Virus record (IMG/VR): IMGVR_UViG_3300020045_001198
Location: 1-40,794 of that record
DNA length: 40,794 nt
Origin: a virus
Taxonomy: Duplodnaviria > Caudoviricetes
Strand: one strand, 5' to 3'
Part shown: positions 8,100 through 18,900 of the stretch, piece by piece
How positions within the stretch are numbered: position 1 is the first letter of the stretch
Layout: every line of letters begins with the position of its first letter
The notes under the pieces: generated by a model
What the model was told of the DNA's origin: nothing
What the model saw: the letters and a program-made list of their open reading frames with translations, nothing else
Database searches by the model: none
Translations under genes and position numbers: made by a program

Positions 8100-8830
8100 T
8101 GAAATTCAATCTTCCAGTCTTTGGGTTCTGTTCTAGAGGAACTTCCTTCAACGTAGTACCTGCCCCTGAAGAAGGTGGAGGCGAAGGTCCCACCCCACTC
8201 GTATTCTCCGACTTCAAGAACGGGGTCTACGCTATCTCGGGCGTTAGCAAGACGCTGGGTCAGGTGTGGGAAAGTAATGCGACTTGGAGCCCTACAGGCT
8301 TCAATCCTGCTCTGGTTGTGGGCGGGGTAGGTTATGTAGTGCCAGAAATTGCCGACGCCCCGGCACTTACCAGCGCGGCAACAAGTGCGGTTGCAAACGG
8401 CTACGTCGTAGTGGTCACAGCAAATTTCCAATCAGCCGGAAGTGTATGTTCGATAGTATTGGAAGCCGTCAATGATCCATCTTGGACTCTAGACTGGTAT
8501 CTATCAATGGTGCAAGGGGCCGGCGTTGGAACTGTATTTATGCAGGACGCGGGCAACAGCAACGATCCTTATGTTGACTCCGGCGTTTCTCTAACAACTG
8601 ACGGCCTGCACAAAATAGCCGCGAGGGCAGAGCTAAACAGCTTTGCGATTTCTGTTGATGGTTCGTCCCAAATTTCGGACACGGCTGCCTCGGGATCATC
8701 CCTACCTCTTAATTTAGTTGGGCTGAATGTGAACGCCCCCGATGCAGGGCAGTCTATCACTATTGAAAAAATCGAGTTCTTCTCCCTCTCCGACTACGAC
8801 GCCACCGACCTGCCAACACTCTCCGCGTAA
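8099..8830 (+). CDS. Putative virion protein, lectin/concanavalin-like beta fold
   Basis: TAATG coupling; DFKNGVY N-terminal motif; HKIAAR...AISVDG lectin-like strands. Confidence 0.6.
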   Translation: MKFNLPVFGFCSRGTSFNVVPAPEEGGGEGPTPLVFSDFKNGVYAISGVSKTLGQVWESNATWSPTGFNPALVVGGVGYVVPEIADAPALTSAATSAVANGYVVVVTANFQSAGSVCSIVLEAVNDPSWTLDWYLSMVQGAGVGTVFMQDAGNSNDPYVDSGVSLTTDGLHKIAARAELNSFAISVDGSSQISDTAASGSSLPLNLVGLNVNAPDAGQSITIEKIEFFSLSDYDATDLPTLSA

Positions 8831-8839
8831 GGACTAAGA

Positions 8840-9586
8840 ATGACCACTCTTTCTACTATAGTCTCTGATGCTTTTCGTGAGAGTAATCTCATTGCCATCT
8901 CTGCCGATCCTACAGCAGATGAAATCGAAGAGGCTCTTCGTCTTCTCAATAGAAATATCTCATCTATTATCGGATACGACCTAGGGGAGTCTTTAGAAGA
9001 TACTCCTTACGGAAGAGCTAGTGTTACGAGAACTTCTGAAGAAAATTACGCGTACGACACTCTTCTGGATTCTTCATACGCGAGAGAAAATACACGGATT
9101 GTTCTTAATCTAGAAGAGAACAAGACGGTGTATCTTCCTCCTGTTCCTCAAGATGGCGCAAGAATCGCCATTACTGATCCATCGAATACAATATCGTCAT
9201 ACACTTTCACATTGAACGGTAATGGGCGTACAATCGAGGGGGCAGCCTCTGTATCTATTTTAGCAGGAACTATCGAAAGTGCCTGGTTCTACAGAGCAGA
9301 CATCAGCAACTGGGCCCGAGTTGATACTTTGACTGCTGTTCAAGATTCCCCTTTTCCTAGTAAGTACGACGACCTTCTTGTAATAGGTCTCGCTATACGA
9401 CTTAATCCTAGGAATGGCCAACCAATAGATCCACAATCTCTTGAAGTTTACCGGAATTTGATGAAGCAGTTCAGAGCACAGTACAAACAAAATAGGGAAA
9501 TGTCTTCCGAGGAAGGCCTTCTTCGTATGTCTTCTCGGTATGGACGAGATGGAACAGACAGTAACACGTTTTATAGAGGCTGGTAA
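8840..9586 (+). CDS. Head-to-tail adaptor (P22 gp4-like)
   Basis: IVSDAFRE...EEALRLLN N-terminus and LAIRLNP C-terminus; inserted beta domain VYLPPVPQDG...TLNGNGRTIEG. Confidence 0.75.
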   Translation: MTTLSTIVSDAFRESNLIAISADPTADEIEEALRLLNRNISSIIGYDLGESLEDTPYGRASVTRTSEENYAYDTLLDSSYARENTRIVLNLEENKTVYLPPVPQDGARIAITDPSNTISSYTFTLNGNGRTIEGAASVSILAGTIESAWFYRADISNWARVDTLTAVQDSPFPSKYDDLLVIGLAIRLNPRNGQPIDPQSLEVYRNLMKQFRAQYKQNREMSSEEGLLRMSSRYGRDGTDSNTFYRGW

Positions 9587-10845
9587 TGACTAACGTCCCA
9601 CTCGCTATGACAGATTGGAAGAGACTTGTCGCTGACGAGGCCCAACTTCTTATCAAGAATCGTTACTTTGAAAAGAACCCTACTAATCCCGAGACACAGA
9701 CAGCTCTGCTGTCCCGCCCCGGTCTTCGTAGATGGCTCTTAGTTGGTGATGGTCCGATAACTCAGGTGTACTCACAGCCGGGTTCATTCGACGGTTGCTT
9801 GTTCGTAGCCAGTGCTGACGATTTATACCGTGTGGATACTGATGAAACTATAACGTTGATAGCATCAGGCATCTTTACAAACGGTGCAGACGGAACACCT
9901 GAGATGGTGGCGACAGGTGAGATCGGTGGAGACCCTCCCTACCTTTTTGTAACTGACGGAGGAATACTCTGGTGTTACTCAGAAGAAGGTTGGGCTGCAG
10001 GAGCATTGACAGCTTCTGGTACAATCTCTGTGGCTGATGTAGTTCGTATCGGTGATGTGTATTACTCTATCGAGACGGGAAGTCTAGATACTGGTACTCC
10101 TGCCGGGACGGTTGGGAATCCTTGGAAGGTCCTTAAGGGGGCCGACAACGCGGCAACACTCCAGAATCTTTTCTACGCAATAAACGAAGAAGGTACTGCC
10201 GGTACTACGTACTCTACAGATCTTGTAGCTAACCCGGATATCACGGCTAGTACTGTAACGGCTACTGTCCTTTCCGTACGGGCCAGAACAGCAGGTACTG
10301 CTGGCAACGCTTTTATCACTACTGAGACGTCGGCGGGATTGTTGTGGGGAGCGGGAACTCTAACAGGCGCAGGTTCTCCAGCAATAATTGCTGTTCCTAC
10401 TCCAGATAACGTAGGTATGATATCTTTAGGGTATATCGCCAGCTATGTTATTTGTGTCCCTGCACAAAATGCAGGAGTCAACGGAAGATTTTACTGGATT
10501 CAACCAGGAGAGACCACCATAGATCCTCTCGACTTTGCTACAGCAGAGAAATCTCCTGACGCCATCCTTCAGATGAAAGTCATAGGAGACCAGTTCTGGC
10601 TCTTTGGTTCAAACTCTACCGAAGTTTGGTATCCTTCTCAAGACCCTGACGCCCCTTTTAATCGCGTACAAGGCCGTCTTTTCGAAAGAGGTATTGTTGG
10701 AGGAACTGCCGTACAGATCAAGGATTCGGTTATGCTTGTGGATAACACAGGTGTTGTATACCGTCTTGAAGGGACTCCGACTGAAGTTAGTGATAATTCA
10801 ATCTCCGAAAGAATTCGGCTTGTGCTGAAAGAAATAGCAGAGTAA
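9586..10845 (+). CDS. Tail hub / packaged-DNA stabilization protein, N-terminal part (P22 gp10-like)
   Basis: LLSRPGLR, DPLDFATAEKSPD, WLFGSNSTEVW motifs; ends where the gp10 C-terminal half would begin. Confidence 0.8.
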   Translation: MTNVPLAMTDWKRLVADEAQLLIKNRYFEKNPTNPETQTALLSRPGLRRWLLVGDGPITQVYSQPGSFDGCLFVASADDLYRVDTDETITLIASGIFTNGADGTPEMVATGEIGGDPPYLFVTDGGILWCYSEEGWAAGALTASGTISVADVVRIGDVYYSIETGSLDTGTPAGTVGNPWKVLKGADNAATLQNLFYAINEEGTAGTTYSTDLVANPDITASTVTATVLSVRARTAGTAGNAFITTETSAGLLWGAGTLTGAGSPAIIAVPTPDNVGMISLGYIASYVICVPAQNAGVNGRFYWIQPGETTIDPLDFATAEKSPDAILQMKVIGDQFWLFGSNSTEVWYPSQDPDAPFNRVQGRLFERGIVGGTAVQIKDSVMLVDNTGVVYRLEGTPTEVSDNSISERIRLVLKEIAE

Positions 10846-12209
10846 TGGCAGATATTGAATTCGTCGGCTGGCAAGGTTACGACGCCGGGGATGCCGAAGC
10901 CCCTACTAATGTCGCGTTTGCATTGGCGGACGGTCTAGATACTGTGCCTGCGGAAGACGACATTGTTCTTATACTTCAGTCAACAATAATTGCCCCTATA
11001 TATGGCGGAACGGTGGACCCGGTGCCCACCACCAGTGGATATTCCAGGGCGTTTCCTATTGTTCCAATAACCGGAAATCCAGCGTACGGGTCGACTAAAT
11101 ATCATAAAATGGGTATGTGCCTACACTATAAATTTATGGGCGCAACGCCCGACACCACTTGGTCGGGGCAAAGCAACGGCTTTAGCAATGGCGCTACAGG
11201 ATGGTTAATTCTTGTCTTTAGGAATGTCAATCAGATTGAGCCCTTTCTAAACAATGTTATAAACGCCTACCAAGATACTGGCAGCTATAGTGGACTTAAT
11301 CCTCCAGACATAGATGTCTATGACAATACTATTGACCCTGGAGAACTTAGCACTACTTCTTTTCCTAAGAGTTATTCAGGTATTACGTTTGCGCTGCAAT
11401 CCGCAGACGAACTTACATCTCTTGTTCTAGCGGGCGGAGCAATATGTTCAAGAGACGAGGTTGTTACTGGAAACTTCACTGACGTTTTCTGGCAGGACGG
11501 ATTAGACGCCCGCACAATTACATCAGTGCTTGCCTTTAATATTCCTGCTGAGATTGCTCCAGAAGTTGAGCCCCCTGTAGAACCTCCTGCACCTACAGTA
11601 GGTAATCCTTTTCTTAGAGTTTGGGGCTTCTCTTTAGACGGTCATGACTTCTACGTCATCAGTCTTGGAGAAACATCTACTCTTGTGTACGATCTAACGA
11701 CTGGGCAATGGAGTGAGTGGTTCTCTCCCGAAGAGACTGTATGGAAAGCGCATACAGGTACGAACTGGGTCTCGCTGGGTCTAGATACTTACACTACATG
11801 GGACGCGACTAGTAATGTAATTGCTGGAGATAACAATTACGGTGTCCTATGGATGGTAGATCCTGACGTAGGGACAGACGAAGATCCAGTGACTGCTGTA
11901 GCTACGCCGTTCAGTCGTCAAATTACTGGAGGTATCCAGCAGAAACTTCGAGAGACTCAAGCAGTCGGAGCAGCATATCTACTTGCTTCAGCGGGCTCTC
12001 CTCAAGTAACTGGGTCGTCATTTACTTTAAGAACGAGTGACGACGCAGGTAAGACCTGGACTAATCATGGGACGGTTACTGCTGAACTCGCTAACTACTC
12101 ACAAGAGTTTGTCTGGAGATCTCTCGGGCTTATCAAACAACCGGGTAAGCTTTTCGAAATCACCGACTCTGGTGCCTCAATCAGAATAGATAGTTTGGAT
12201 ATCCGCTAG
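10845..12209 (+). CDS. Unknown N-terminal domain fused to the C-terminal part of a P22 gp10-like hub
   Basis: FSLDGHDFYVI...TLVYDLTTGQWSE, SDDAGKTW, WRSLG motifs after a Pro-rich linker. Confidence 0.75.
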   Translation: MADIEFVGWQGYDAGDAEAPTNVAFALADGLDTVPAEDDIVLILQSTIIAPIYGGTVDPVPTTSGYSRAFPIVPITGNPAYGSTKYHKMGMCLHYKFMGATPDTTWSGQSNGFSNGATGWLILVFRNVNQIEPFLNNVINAYQDTGSYSGLNPPDIDVYDNTIDPGELSTTSFPKSYSGITFALQSADELTSLVLAGGAICSRDEVVTGNFTDVFWQDGLDARTITSVLAFNIPAEIAPEVEPPVEPPAPTVGNPFLRVWGFSLDGHDFYVISLGETSTLVYDLTTGQWSEWFSPEETVWKAHTGTNWVSLGLDTYTTWDATSNVIAGDNNYGVLWMVDPDVGTDEDPVTAVATPFSRQITGGIQQKLRETQAVGAAYLLASAGSPQVTGSSFTLRTSDDAGKTWTNHGTVTAELANYSQEFVWRSLGLIKQPGKLFEITDSGASIRIDSLDIR

Positions 12210-13147
12210 TGGTAGATATCAGTAAAATCCCCCCTCTTGACTGGCAGTTTCCTATCGTCACTAAAGACGGAACACCTTCTCCGCAGTTCATTCGATTGTG
12301 GCAGGAGATGTTCTTCAATGACAATCGGATTAACTCCGGTCTTGACGAAAAGGTGACTGGCCCAGGAAGCTCAACGGACAACGCGGTTGCGAGATTTGAT
12401 GGAATTACAGGTAAGCTACTTCAGGATAGTCTTGCCACTCTCGACGATCTTGGCAATCTTTCTGTTACTGACCTTGCGTACGACGCAACGACTTGGAATG
12501 GCTCGTTGGTGGTTCCGACAAGGAACGCCGTTCGTGATAAAATAGAAGATATTCTCGACGGCCAAACCTTCACGGGTGATGTTATCGTTCCTGATGAAGC
12601 TTATGATGCTACGGGATGGAATGGAGATTTGTCTGTTCCAACTAAGAATGCCGTACGAGATAAGATTGAAGCATTAGGCGTGGTGGCTTACGCGAGTATC
12701 TCCGAGACTAGTACAGGTACTGAAACTGCAAAAGCAGTGACGCCTGACGGTTTAGCAGGTTCGATATTTGGTACGGCTGTTATTACTCTTCTTGTGACTG
12801 ATCCTAACGGTTCGGCAATAACTACAGGAGACGGCAAGGCGTATTGGAGAGTTCCCTCAGTGTTGAACGGAATGAATCTAGTAGCTGTTGCTGCGCACGT
12901 TACAACTGTTTCGTCGTCTGGTCTGCCCACCGTCCAAATCGCCAACGTCACACAGGCGGTAGATATGCTTACCACTAAGATAACTATTGATGCCAGTGAG
13001 AAGGATAGCAGTACTGCGGCGACTGCCGCTGTAATCGATACGGCCAATGATGATGTTGCGACTGGAGATGAAATAAGAATCGACATTGATGTTGCTGGAA
13101 CAGGGGCTAAGGGCCTTATCGTCGAAATGCAGTTTCAATTGCCATGA
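12209..13147 (+). CDS. Tail needle/fibre-like protein
   Basis: GTPSPQFIRLW N-terminal motif; GPGSSTDNAVARFDG.TGK and KAVTPDGL fibre motifs; internal 24-aa repeat. Confidence 0.75.
   Translation: MVDISKIPPLDWQFPIVTKDGTPSPQFIRLWQEMFFNDNRINSGLDEKVTGPGSSTDNAVARFDGITGKLLQDSLATLDDLGNLSVTDLAYDATTWNGSLVVPTRNAVRDKIEDILDGQTFTGDVIVPDEAYDATGWNGDLSVPTKNAVRDKIEALGVVAYASISETSTGTETAKAVTPDGLAGSIFGTAVITLLVTDPNGSAITTGDGKAYWRVPSVLNGMNLVAVAAHVTTVSSSGLPTVQIANVTQAVDMLTTKITIDASEKDSSTAATAAVIDTANDDVATGDEIRIDIDVAGTGAKGLIVEMQFQLP
12476..12670 (+). repeat. Two-copy intragenic protein repeat
   Basis: AYDATTWNGSLVVPTRNAVRDKIE / AYDATGWNGDLSVPTKNAVRDKIE, 123 nt apart. Confidence 0.85.
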
Positions 13148-14067
13148 TAGTTCAGACAATCAAATGTTTCTTTAATACTGCGGGGCACGCTTATTGGCGC
13201 GTCTTCTGCACCGATAATTGGGGCGACGCGACCGGGATTATCATTGCAGAGGTCGAGTTTCTAGACAGCGTAGGTGCTGTCATAACAGCGACGGGCGGAA
13301 CGGCCATCGGTTCGGATGACGTGGGGGGCAATGAATTCAGCAAAGCGTTCGATGGAACGGCGACGGCATGGTTCGCCAATTCTGCTCCAACGAACCAGTG
13401 GGTAGGCTACCAATTTTCTTCCAATGTTGCCGCTACAGGCGTTCGACTAACGATGGCTACGAGCGGTACGAACTTTCTTACTAGGATGCCGAAAAACTGT
13501 AAGTTAGAATATTCTGATGATGGGTCTAGCTGGACTACAGTCTACAGTTTTGTAAATATGAGCTTGTCTGGCAGCGTCCAAACAACGCCTGAGACTCCCC
13601 CTGCGTCTGGCTATCATAAGTTGTGGCGGGTATTTTGTGTAGATAATAACGGTGGGACCACGTTGATCGTTCTAGACGAAATAGAATTCCGCGCGACAGC
13701 GGGTGGCGCTGATCAGATTGCTGCGATGACCAGCAATAATGGCACGGCGTCCCAACGTGTGGACGGAAGTTCTATTGCCACCGTCGGTAACGAAGGTTGG
13801 CGCGCCTTCAATGATATCACTGACTCAGCAAATGACTGGGCGGCAAACGGAACAACAAACCAGTGGATCGGCGTGATTGTTTCCACGGCGATCAAGGTCG
13901 AGGAGGTGCTGCTCAAGTGCGGTAATACGACCAACGACCGAAACCGCGCACCCAAAAACATGCGAATTGAGTACAGCGACGACGGCACGACCTGGACGAC
14001 TCAAAAGACACTGGCGGCGCAGACAGCTTGGGGTGTGAATGAATCTCGTGTTCTGGCGGCGGTATAG
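13144..14067 (+). CDS. Tandem discoidin (F5/8 type C-like) domain protein, putative receptor-binding protein
   Basis: Two copies of WRVFC.DN.G...EVEF...AF.......W...NQW.G...R.PKN...EYSDDG..WT. Confidence 0.8.
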   Translation: MIVQTIKCFFNTAGHAYWRVFCTDNWGDATGIIIAEVEFLDSVGAVITATGGTAIGSDDVGGNEFSKAFDGTATAWFANSAPTNQWVGYQFSSNVAATGVRLTMATSGTNFLTRMPKNCKLEYSDDGSSWTTVYSFVNMSLSGSVQTTPETPPASGYHKLWRVFCVDNNGGTTLIVLDEIEFRATAGGADQIAAMTSNNGTASQRVDGSSIATVGNEGWRAFNDITDSANDWAANGTTNQWIGVIVSTAIKVEEVLLKCGNTTNDRNRAPKNMRIEYSDDGTTWTTQKTLAAQTAWGVNESRVLAAV

Positions 14068-14072
14068 CCTTA

Positions 14073-14462
14073 ATGTACCGGTCATTTAATATCTTAGCAC
14101 TATCTGAGGCAATGGCTCCAAGAGTGCCTTACATCATGGGATTTGAACCTGAGGAATGGCTCGGTAATCCCGATTACATCGCGTTGACAAACGACGACAA
14201 GTCTTTCGGGCTGTTTGAGAAGAGAGCTTCTCGACTGTACACGGGGCACTACGCCTTCTCTGTAGGAGGCAGAGAGGCAATAGACCTTGGTAAGGAGATG
14301 CTCGTGTTTATGGAGCGTCAGTACGGTATGGAAATCTGTATAGGTATGACACCTGTTAATTTGAAACACGCCCTCTGGATGAATCGGAAATTGGGTTTCG
14401 TACGAATAGAAGAGATTGATACTGTGAACGGACGTCACGAACTTTTTATAAGGAAGAATTAA
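14073..14462 (+). CDS. GNAT-like virion-associated protein
   Basis: YTGHY...GREA, GMTPVN...A...NRKLGF GNAT C-terminal pattern; usual position before ejection genes. Confidence 0.7.
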   Translation: MYRSFNILALSEAMAPRVPYIMGFEPEEWLGNPDYIALTNDDKSFGLFEKRASRLYTGHYAFSVGGREAIDLGKEMLVFMERQYGMEICIGMTPVNLKHALWMNRKLGFVRIEEIDTVNGRHELFIRKN

Positions 14463-14986
14463 TGGCTGGGATCTTAGGTGCTGTAGGAGGAATCGCTTCA
14501 GGGCTCTTCGGAGGTTCTTCGAAGAAGGAAACTTCTGAGTCTGGGAATAAGGCTTACTCCAGCCTGAACACGGCATTGATGCCAGCCGTTAACAACGGTG
14601 TAGGAGCTAGTAACTCCCTCGCTCAGATGCTTGGGATGGGTGGATCGGCGTCTCAGAACGAGGGCTTCGCCAACTACAGGAAGAACGGAGGGTACGACTT
14701 CCTTATGAACGAGGGTATCAGAGGTATCACCGGTAATGCGGCATCCCGTGGGCTTCTCCGGTCAGGCTCGACGTTGAAGGGGATAAGTAAGTACTCGTCT
14801 GGTCTGGCTAGTACGTACCTCGACAACTACCTCAAAAACCTCCTCGGTCTTGGTCAGCTTGGTACTGCCAACGCTGGTATTCTGTCTGACGCAGGTAAGT
14901 ACTCAACCGGTTCTGCTTCAGGCAGCAGTAATGACGGTGGTCTCGGTAAGTTCCTCGGTAGCCTTCTCGGCGGTATCGCCAAGTAA
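14462..14986 (+). CDS. DNA ejection (pilot) protein
   Basis: Gly/Ala/Ser-rich; GYDFLMNEG...AASRGLLRSGSTLK motif typical of P22-like ejection proteins. Confidence 0.8.
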   Translation: MAGILGAVGGIASGLFGGSSKKETSESGNKAYSSLNTALMPAVNNGVGASNSLAQMLGMGGSASQNEGFANYRKNGGYDFLMNEGIRGITGNAASRGLLRSGSTLKGISKYSSGLASTYLDNYLKNLLGLGQLGTANAGILSDAGKYSTGSASGSSNDGGLGKFLGSLLGGIAK

Positions 14987-14998
14987 GAAAGAGATAGA

Positions 14999-15919
14999 AT
15001 GTCTTTCATAGATGATTTCCTTTCAGGATACTCTCCGGCGTCTGGGAACGCGCCTTCTCTGGCGTCTGTAGTCCCTAAGATTGACCCTTCTCTTATGGAG
15101 CCTACGAAGCCTAAGAGCAGCTTCTGGGGATTGCTTGCAGACAGCTTGTCAATCGGGGCAGGAGGAACTCCTACGTACGCCCCAAGGAAGGAACGAGAGG
15201 CTCTAGAATTTATCCTGAAGAAGGGTCTGTCTCCTGAAGAGACGTACTCGGAGATGTCCGGTGTTAACACCAAGGCAGCTCAAGACTACCTTAAAAACTA
15301 CCAAGAAAGTCAGAAAGACGCCGTAGCCCAACAGACTGCGTTACAGGCTCTGGCGTTTAAGGCCAGGGATAGGATCGCTTCAGGTCTTCGTGCTACTCGT
15401 GGTAAGAAGGAAGACTTCGACAGGTTCCTTCCTATCGCTCAGGCCATGGCCGATAAGTACGGTATCCCTCGTAGTGAGATTCCAACGGAGTACAATCCTG
15501 AGTTGATTGATCGGTTTGTCCTAGAGTCCGTCCCTGTTGATAAGCAGATCGATAACGAAGAGACTGTCCGTTCACATACGACGAACGAAGATCTTGCCCG
15601 TCGTAAGGCAGAAGCTGAAGTTCTCCTCTCAGGGGGTCGTCTCCGTGTTGCTGGTGCAAACGCCAGAACTGCTGGAGCTAACGCGGTGACTGCCGCAGCC
15701 AACGCTAGGACAGGCTCTGCACGGGCCATGACTGGTGTGTCTGAGGCAGGCAGTAAACAAAACCAGAGAACTTGGAACCAGCAGAATCCTAGCAAGAACA
15801 GAGTAACTTCGAAAGGAGACTCCTCAGCCCCTCCTCGTCCGGGCAGGTTTGTAGGCGAGCCTGTCGTTAACCAGAGAACTGGTAAGACGTATCGTTGGGA
15901 CGGGAAGGACTGGAAGTAA
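14999..15919 (+). CDS. DNA ejection protein
   Basis: Helical, Ala-rich; C-terminal GKTYRWDGKDWK; position in ejection cluster. Confidence 0.7.
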   Translation: MSFIDDFLSGYSPASGNAPSLASVVPKIDPSLMEPTKPKSSFWGLLADSLSIGAGGTPTYAPRKEREALEFILKKGLSPEETYSEMSGVNTKAAQDYLKNYQESQKDAVAQQTALQALAFKARDRIASGLRATRGKKEDFDRFLPIAQAMADKYGIPRSEIPTEYNPELIDRFVLESVPVDKQIDNEETVRSHTTNEDLARRKAEAEVLLSGGRLRVAGANARTAGANAVTAAANARTGSARAMTGVSEAGSKQNQRTWNQQNPSKNRVTSKGDSSAPPRPGRFVGEPVVNQRTGKTYRWDGKDWK

Positions 15920-18900
15920 TGTCTGACGAATGGGTCTTTCCAGAGACTGACTACTACTCCGATCTCCAACGGACTATCCCCGGCGTACGATTCACTACAG
16001 GGTTCCGTACGAAGGAGTATCAGGCTGATATGCGCCGTCGTGGGTACAAGCCTGCGGAGAACTCTCCCCACCTTACAGGTGAGAAGCTAGATCTTCTTCC
16101 TCCTGAGGGGAAGTCCATGGCTTGGCTTCGTGCCGAGATACAGAAGCATTACCCTGAAGGGCAGATCAACCAGAACGAGGGGGATCATGTAGACATCCGC
16201 TTCCCTGGGTATAAGTGGGCACCTGCCGTAGGTAACGCCGCTAAAGCCGGGATTACGAATCCTAACCGTCCTGATGGCGCTGAGTGGTTCTTCCCTGAAG
16301 AAGGGAGAGCCCCTCCCGAATCTGAAACTAAGCAACCTCCTGCTCCTAAGGCGGGGGGTTCTGTCGTGTCTGGAGTAGAGAATCCGTTAGGTGATACTCC
16401 TACTAATCTGAACGACCCTCTGACTCGACAACTTCTAGGAGAGCAGACTCCTGAAGCAATACAAAGTATGGTTGAAGGTAGTCAGGCCGCAGGATCGACG
16501 CTTGGTCCTACCCCTGAGGGAGACTGGGGAGAACGTGTATGGAACGCCCTTCAGACTGGCGTCCTTCCTGAAGAGTATGCGAGACAGAATCCGTTGATGG
16601 GTGGAATCGATTCCCTCCTCCGTGTTATGACTGCGGGTACGGAAGCGATACGTGGTACTCCTCTTGAAGGTTTGGCAACTGCATCACCTCTCGGCGGTAT
16701 GGAGGTTGGTGGGCTGTCAGCTTTGGGACGTATTCCTAAGACACCTATGCGGTTGTCGCCTGAAGTAGAGGCAGGATGGAAGGGTGTTCTAGAAACAGGA
16801 ACACCTGAAGACATTGCCACGTACGCCAGACAGAACAACTTCGACATCCGCGAAGACATGATCAACGACTGGGTCGCAGGTAGGGAAGGTCAGAAGGCTG
16901 AGGCCGTCTACGCCAACGCTCCCGAAGGGGCTCCTCGTGCAGACGTAGGAACTGACCAAGTCCTCCAATCTCCTCGTGCTGAGGGACAGTTCCGTACGGT
17001 TAAAACGTACAACGATGAAGAACTCCTCCAGCGATTGACTGGCGAGAAAGTTCCTGAGGCTCCTGTAGAAGTGCTGGAAGCCGCTCCCGCAGAAGGTCGA
17101 TTGTCAGTCGCTGATATCCAAGGACACGTTCAAGAAGTAATGGGTTCGTGGAAGAACGCCCCCGAGACGAGCATCGTCCAGAAAGCTGACGAACTCCCTG
17201 AAGAAGTCCTAAACGACATCAAAGACCAGGGTCTTGAGAACGACGTCATGGGCTTCGAGCACAACGGCAAGATCACCTACATCGCCGACAACATCGATCC
17301 TGAACTCCTGTCTACCGTGACTTACCACGAAGCGTTGGGTCATCACGGATTGAAGCAGCAGTTCGGTCGGCATCTCGATACTATCGTTAAAGAGATGTAT
17401 GACGGGAATAAGGCGTTCAAGGCAGAGGTAGACGCATGGCGGAAAGATCCCGCTAACCACGGTGCGTACGAAGAATACGACAATCCGATAGCCCGTATCG
17501 CAGAGGAAGTTCTCGCTGAGAAAGCCAACAACGGAAAGATCGATTCAGGCACGTTCAGGAAGCTGGCGACGCTGGTGAAGCAGTACGCTAGAAAGATGGG
17601 CGTAAAACTCAACTACTCCGACAACGAGATCATGTCCATCTTGAGCATGTCACACGACCGGGTCATTAATGGAGAGAAATTCTCGAACTCGGGAGACTTC
17701 CGTCTTCTGATGAAGCCCGCGTTTATGGTACGGACGAGTCCTATCGGCGATGTAACTAAGTTCAATGATCGTATAAAAGAGCTGTCAGGAAAACCTTTAA
17801 CTGATGACGCAGTCGCCGAACTAGAAACAGAGATGGCGCGTCTTCATAATCTTCGTGGAACTTCCAAGACGTTTGATGATGCGCTGGATAAAGCTAGCAA
17901 GAGATTGACCGATCTCGAAGACTCTTCTAACTACAAGTACATGATCCGTAAGAGCAAGGGTCGTGCCCTTCTCGAACAGAAGAAAGCCGCTCGTGCCGAA
18001 CAAGCTCGGAAGACCGCTGAAGCAGAAGCGAAACGTACGAAGTACGCAGGCAACATCAACATGTCTCACTTCCGGGCTGACGACAAAGTCATTGAGACTA
18101 TCCGTGAAGCTGCCGAGTCACTGCCTGAACGGGACGTACAGCCACACCTAGAGACTAAGATCAAGGCGAAGGACCTGCATCTTACAGAGGAAGACGTCGT
18201 AGCTCTGGCAGAACGTGGTCTTAAAGCTGAAGAGATTTACGGTGCTGCTAACGTCTCCCTCCGTTCTGGTACGAGGATTACAAAGCTCCTTGACCGTATC
18301 GCAGAAGGCGACGAATCTCCTCAGACTATGAAGGAATTCAAGTCGGAGATGGCGCAGTTCGAGAAAGTCATGACTGCACTGTCCGATATCCGTGGAGACC
18401 TCGGTCGTGGCTTCAACGCGTTGAACATCGACGCTAAGAGAACCCCCGCCTCAGACGCTAGATTTATGGCTCGCGCTATGGAAGAGCTTGGAGCAGGCCC
18501 TGACGCCAGCCCTGATCTCCTTCGTAAGGTGCATAAACGAGCTAAGGAGCTTATCCGTCAGAGCAACTTCCAAGAGAAGTCGTCGACCTTCTGGAACGAA
18601 GTCATAAACCTTCCGAAGAGTCTGATGTCGTCGGTCGATCTGTCCGCCCCTCTACGGCAGGGGTTGTTCCTAATAGGAAGCAAGGCGTACTGGAAAGCCT
18701 TCGGCAGCATGTTCAAGTTCGCCGTGTCTCAGAAGTCTTTCGATGGGTTCATTGCAGAAGTTAAAGCGAGAGATACCTTCCCGAATATGAAACGTGGTGG
18801 TCTAGCCCTTACCGACATTACAGGAAGCCTCACCCACAGGGAAGAGGCCTTCATGAGTCATATCCAGAACAAGATCCCCGTACTGAAGCACGTCTTCCTC

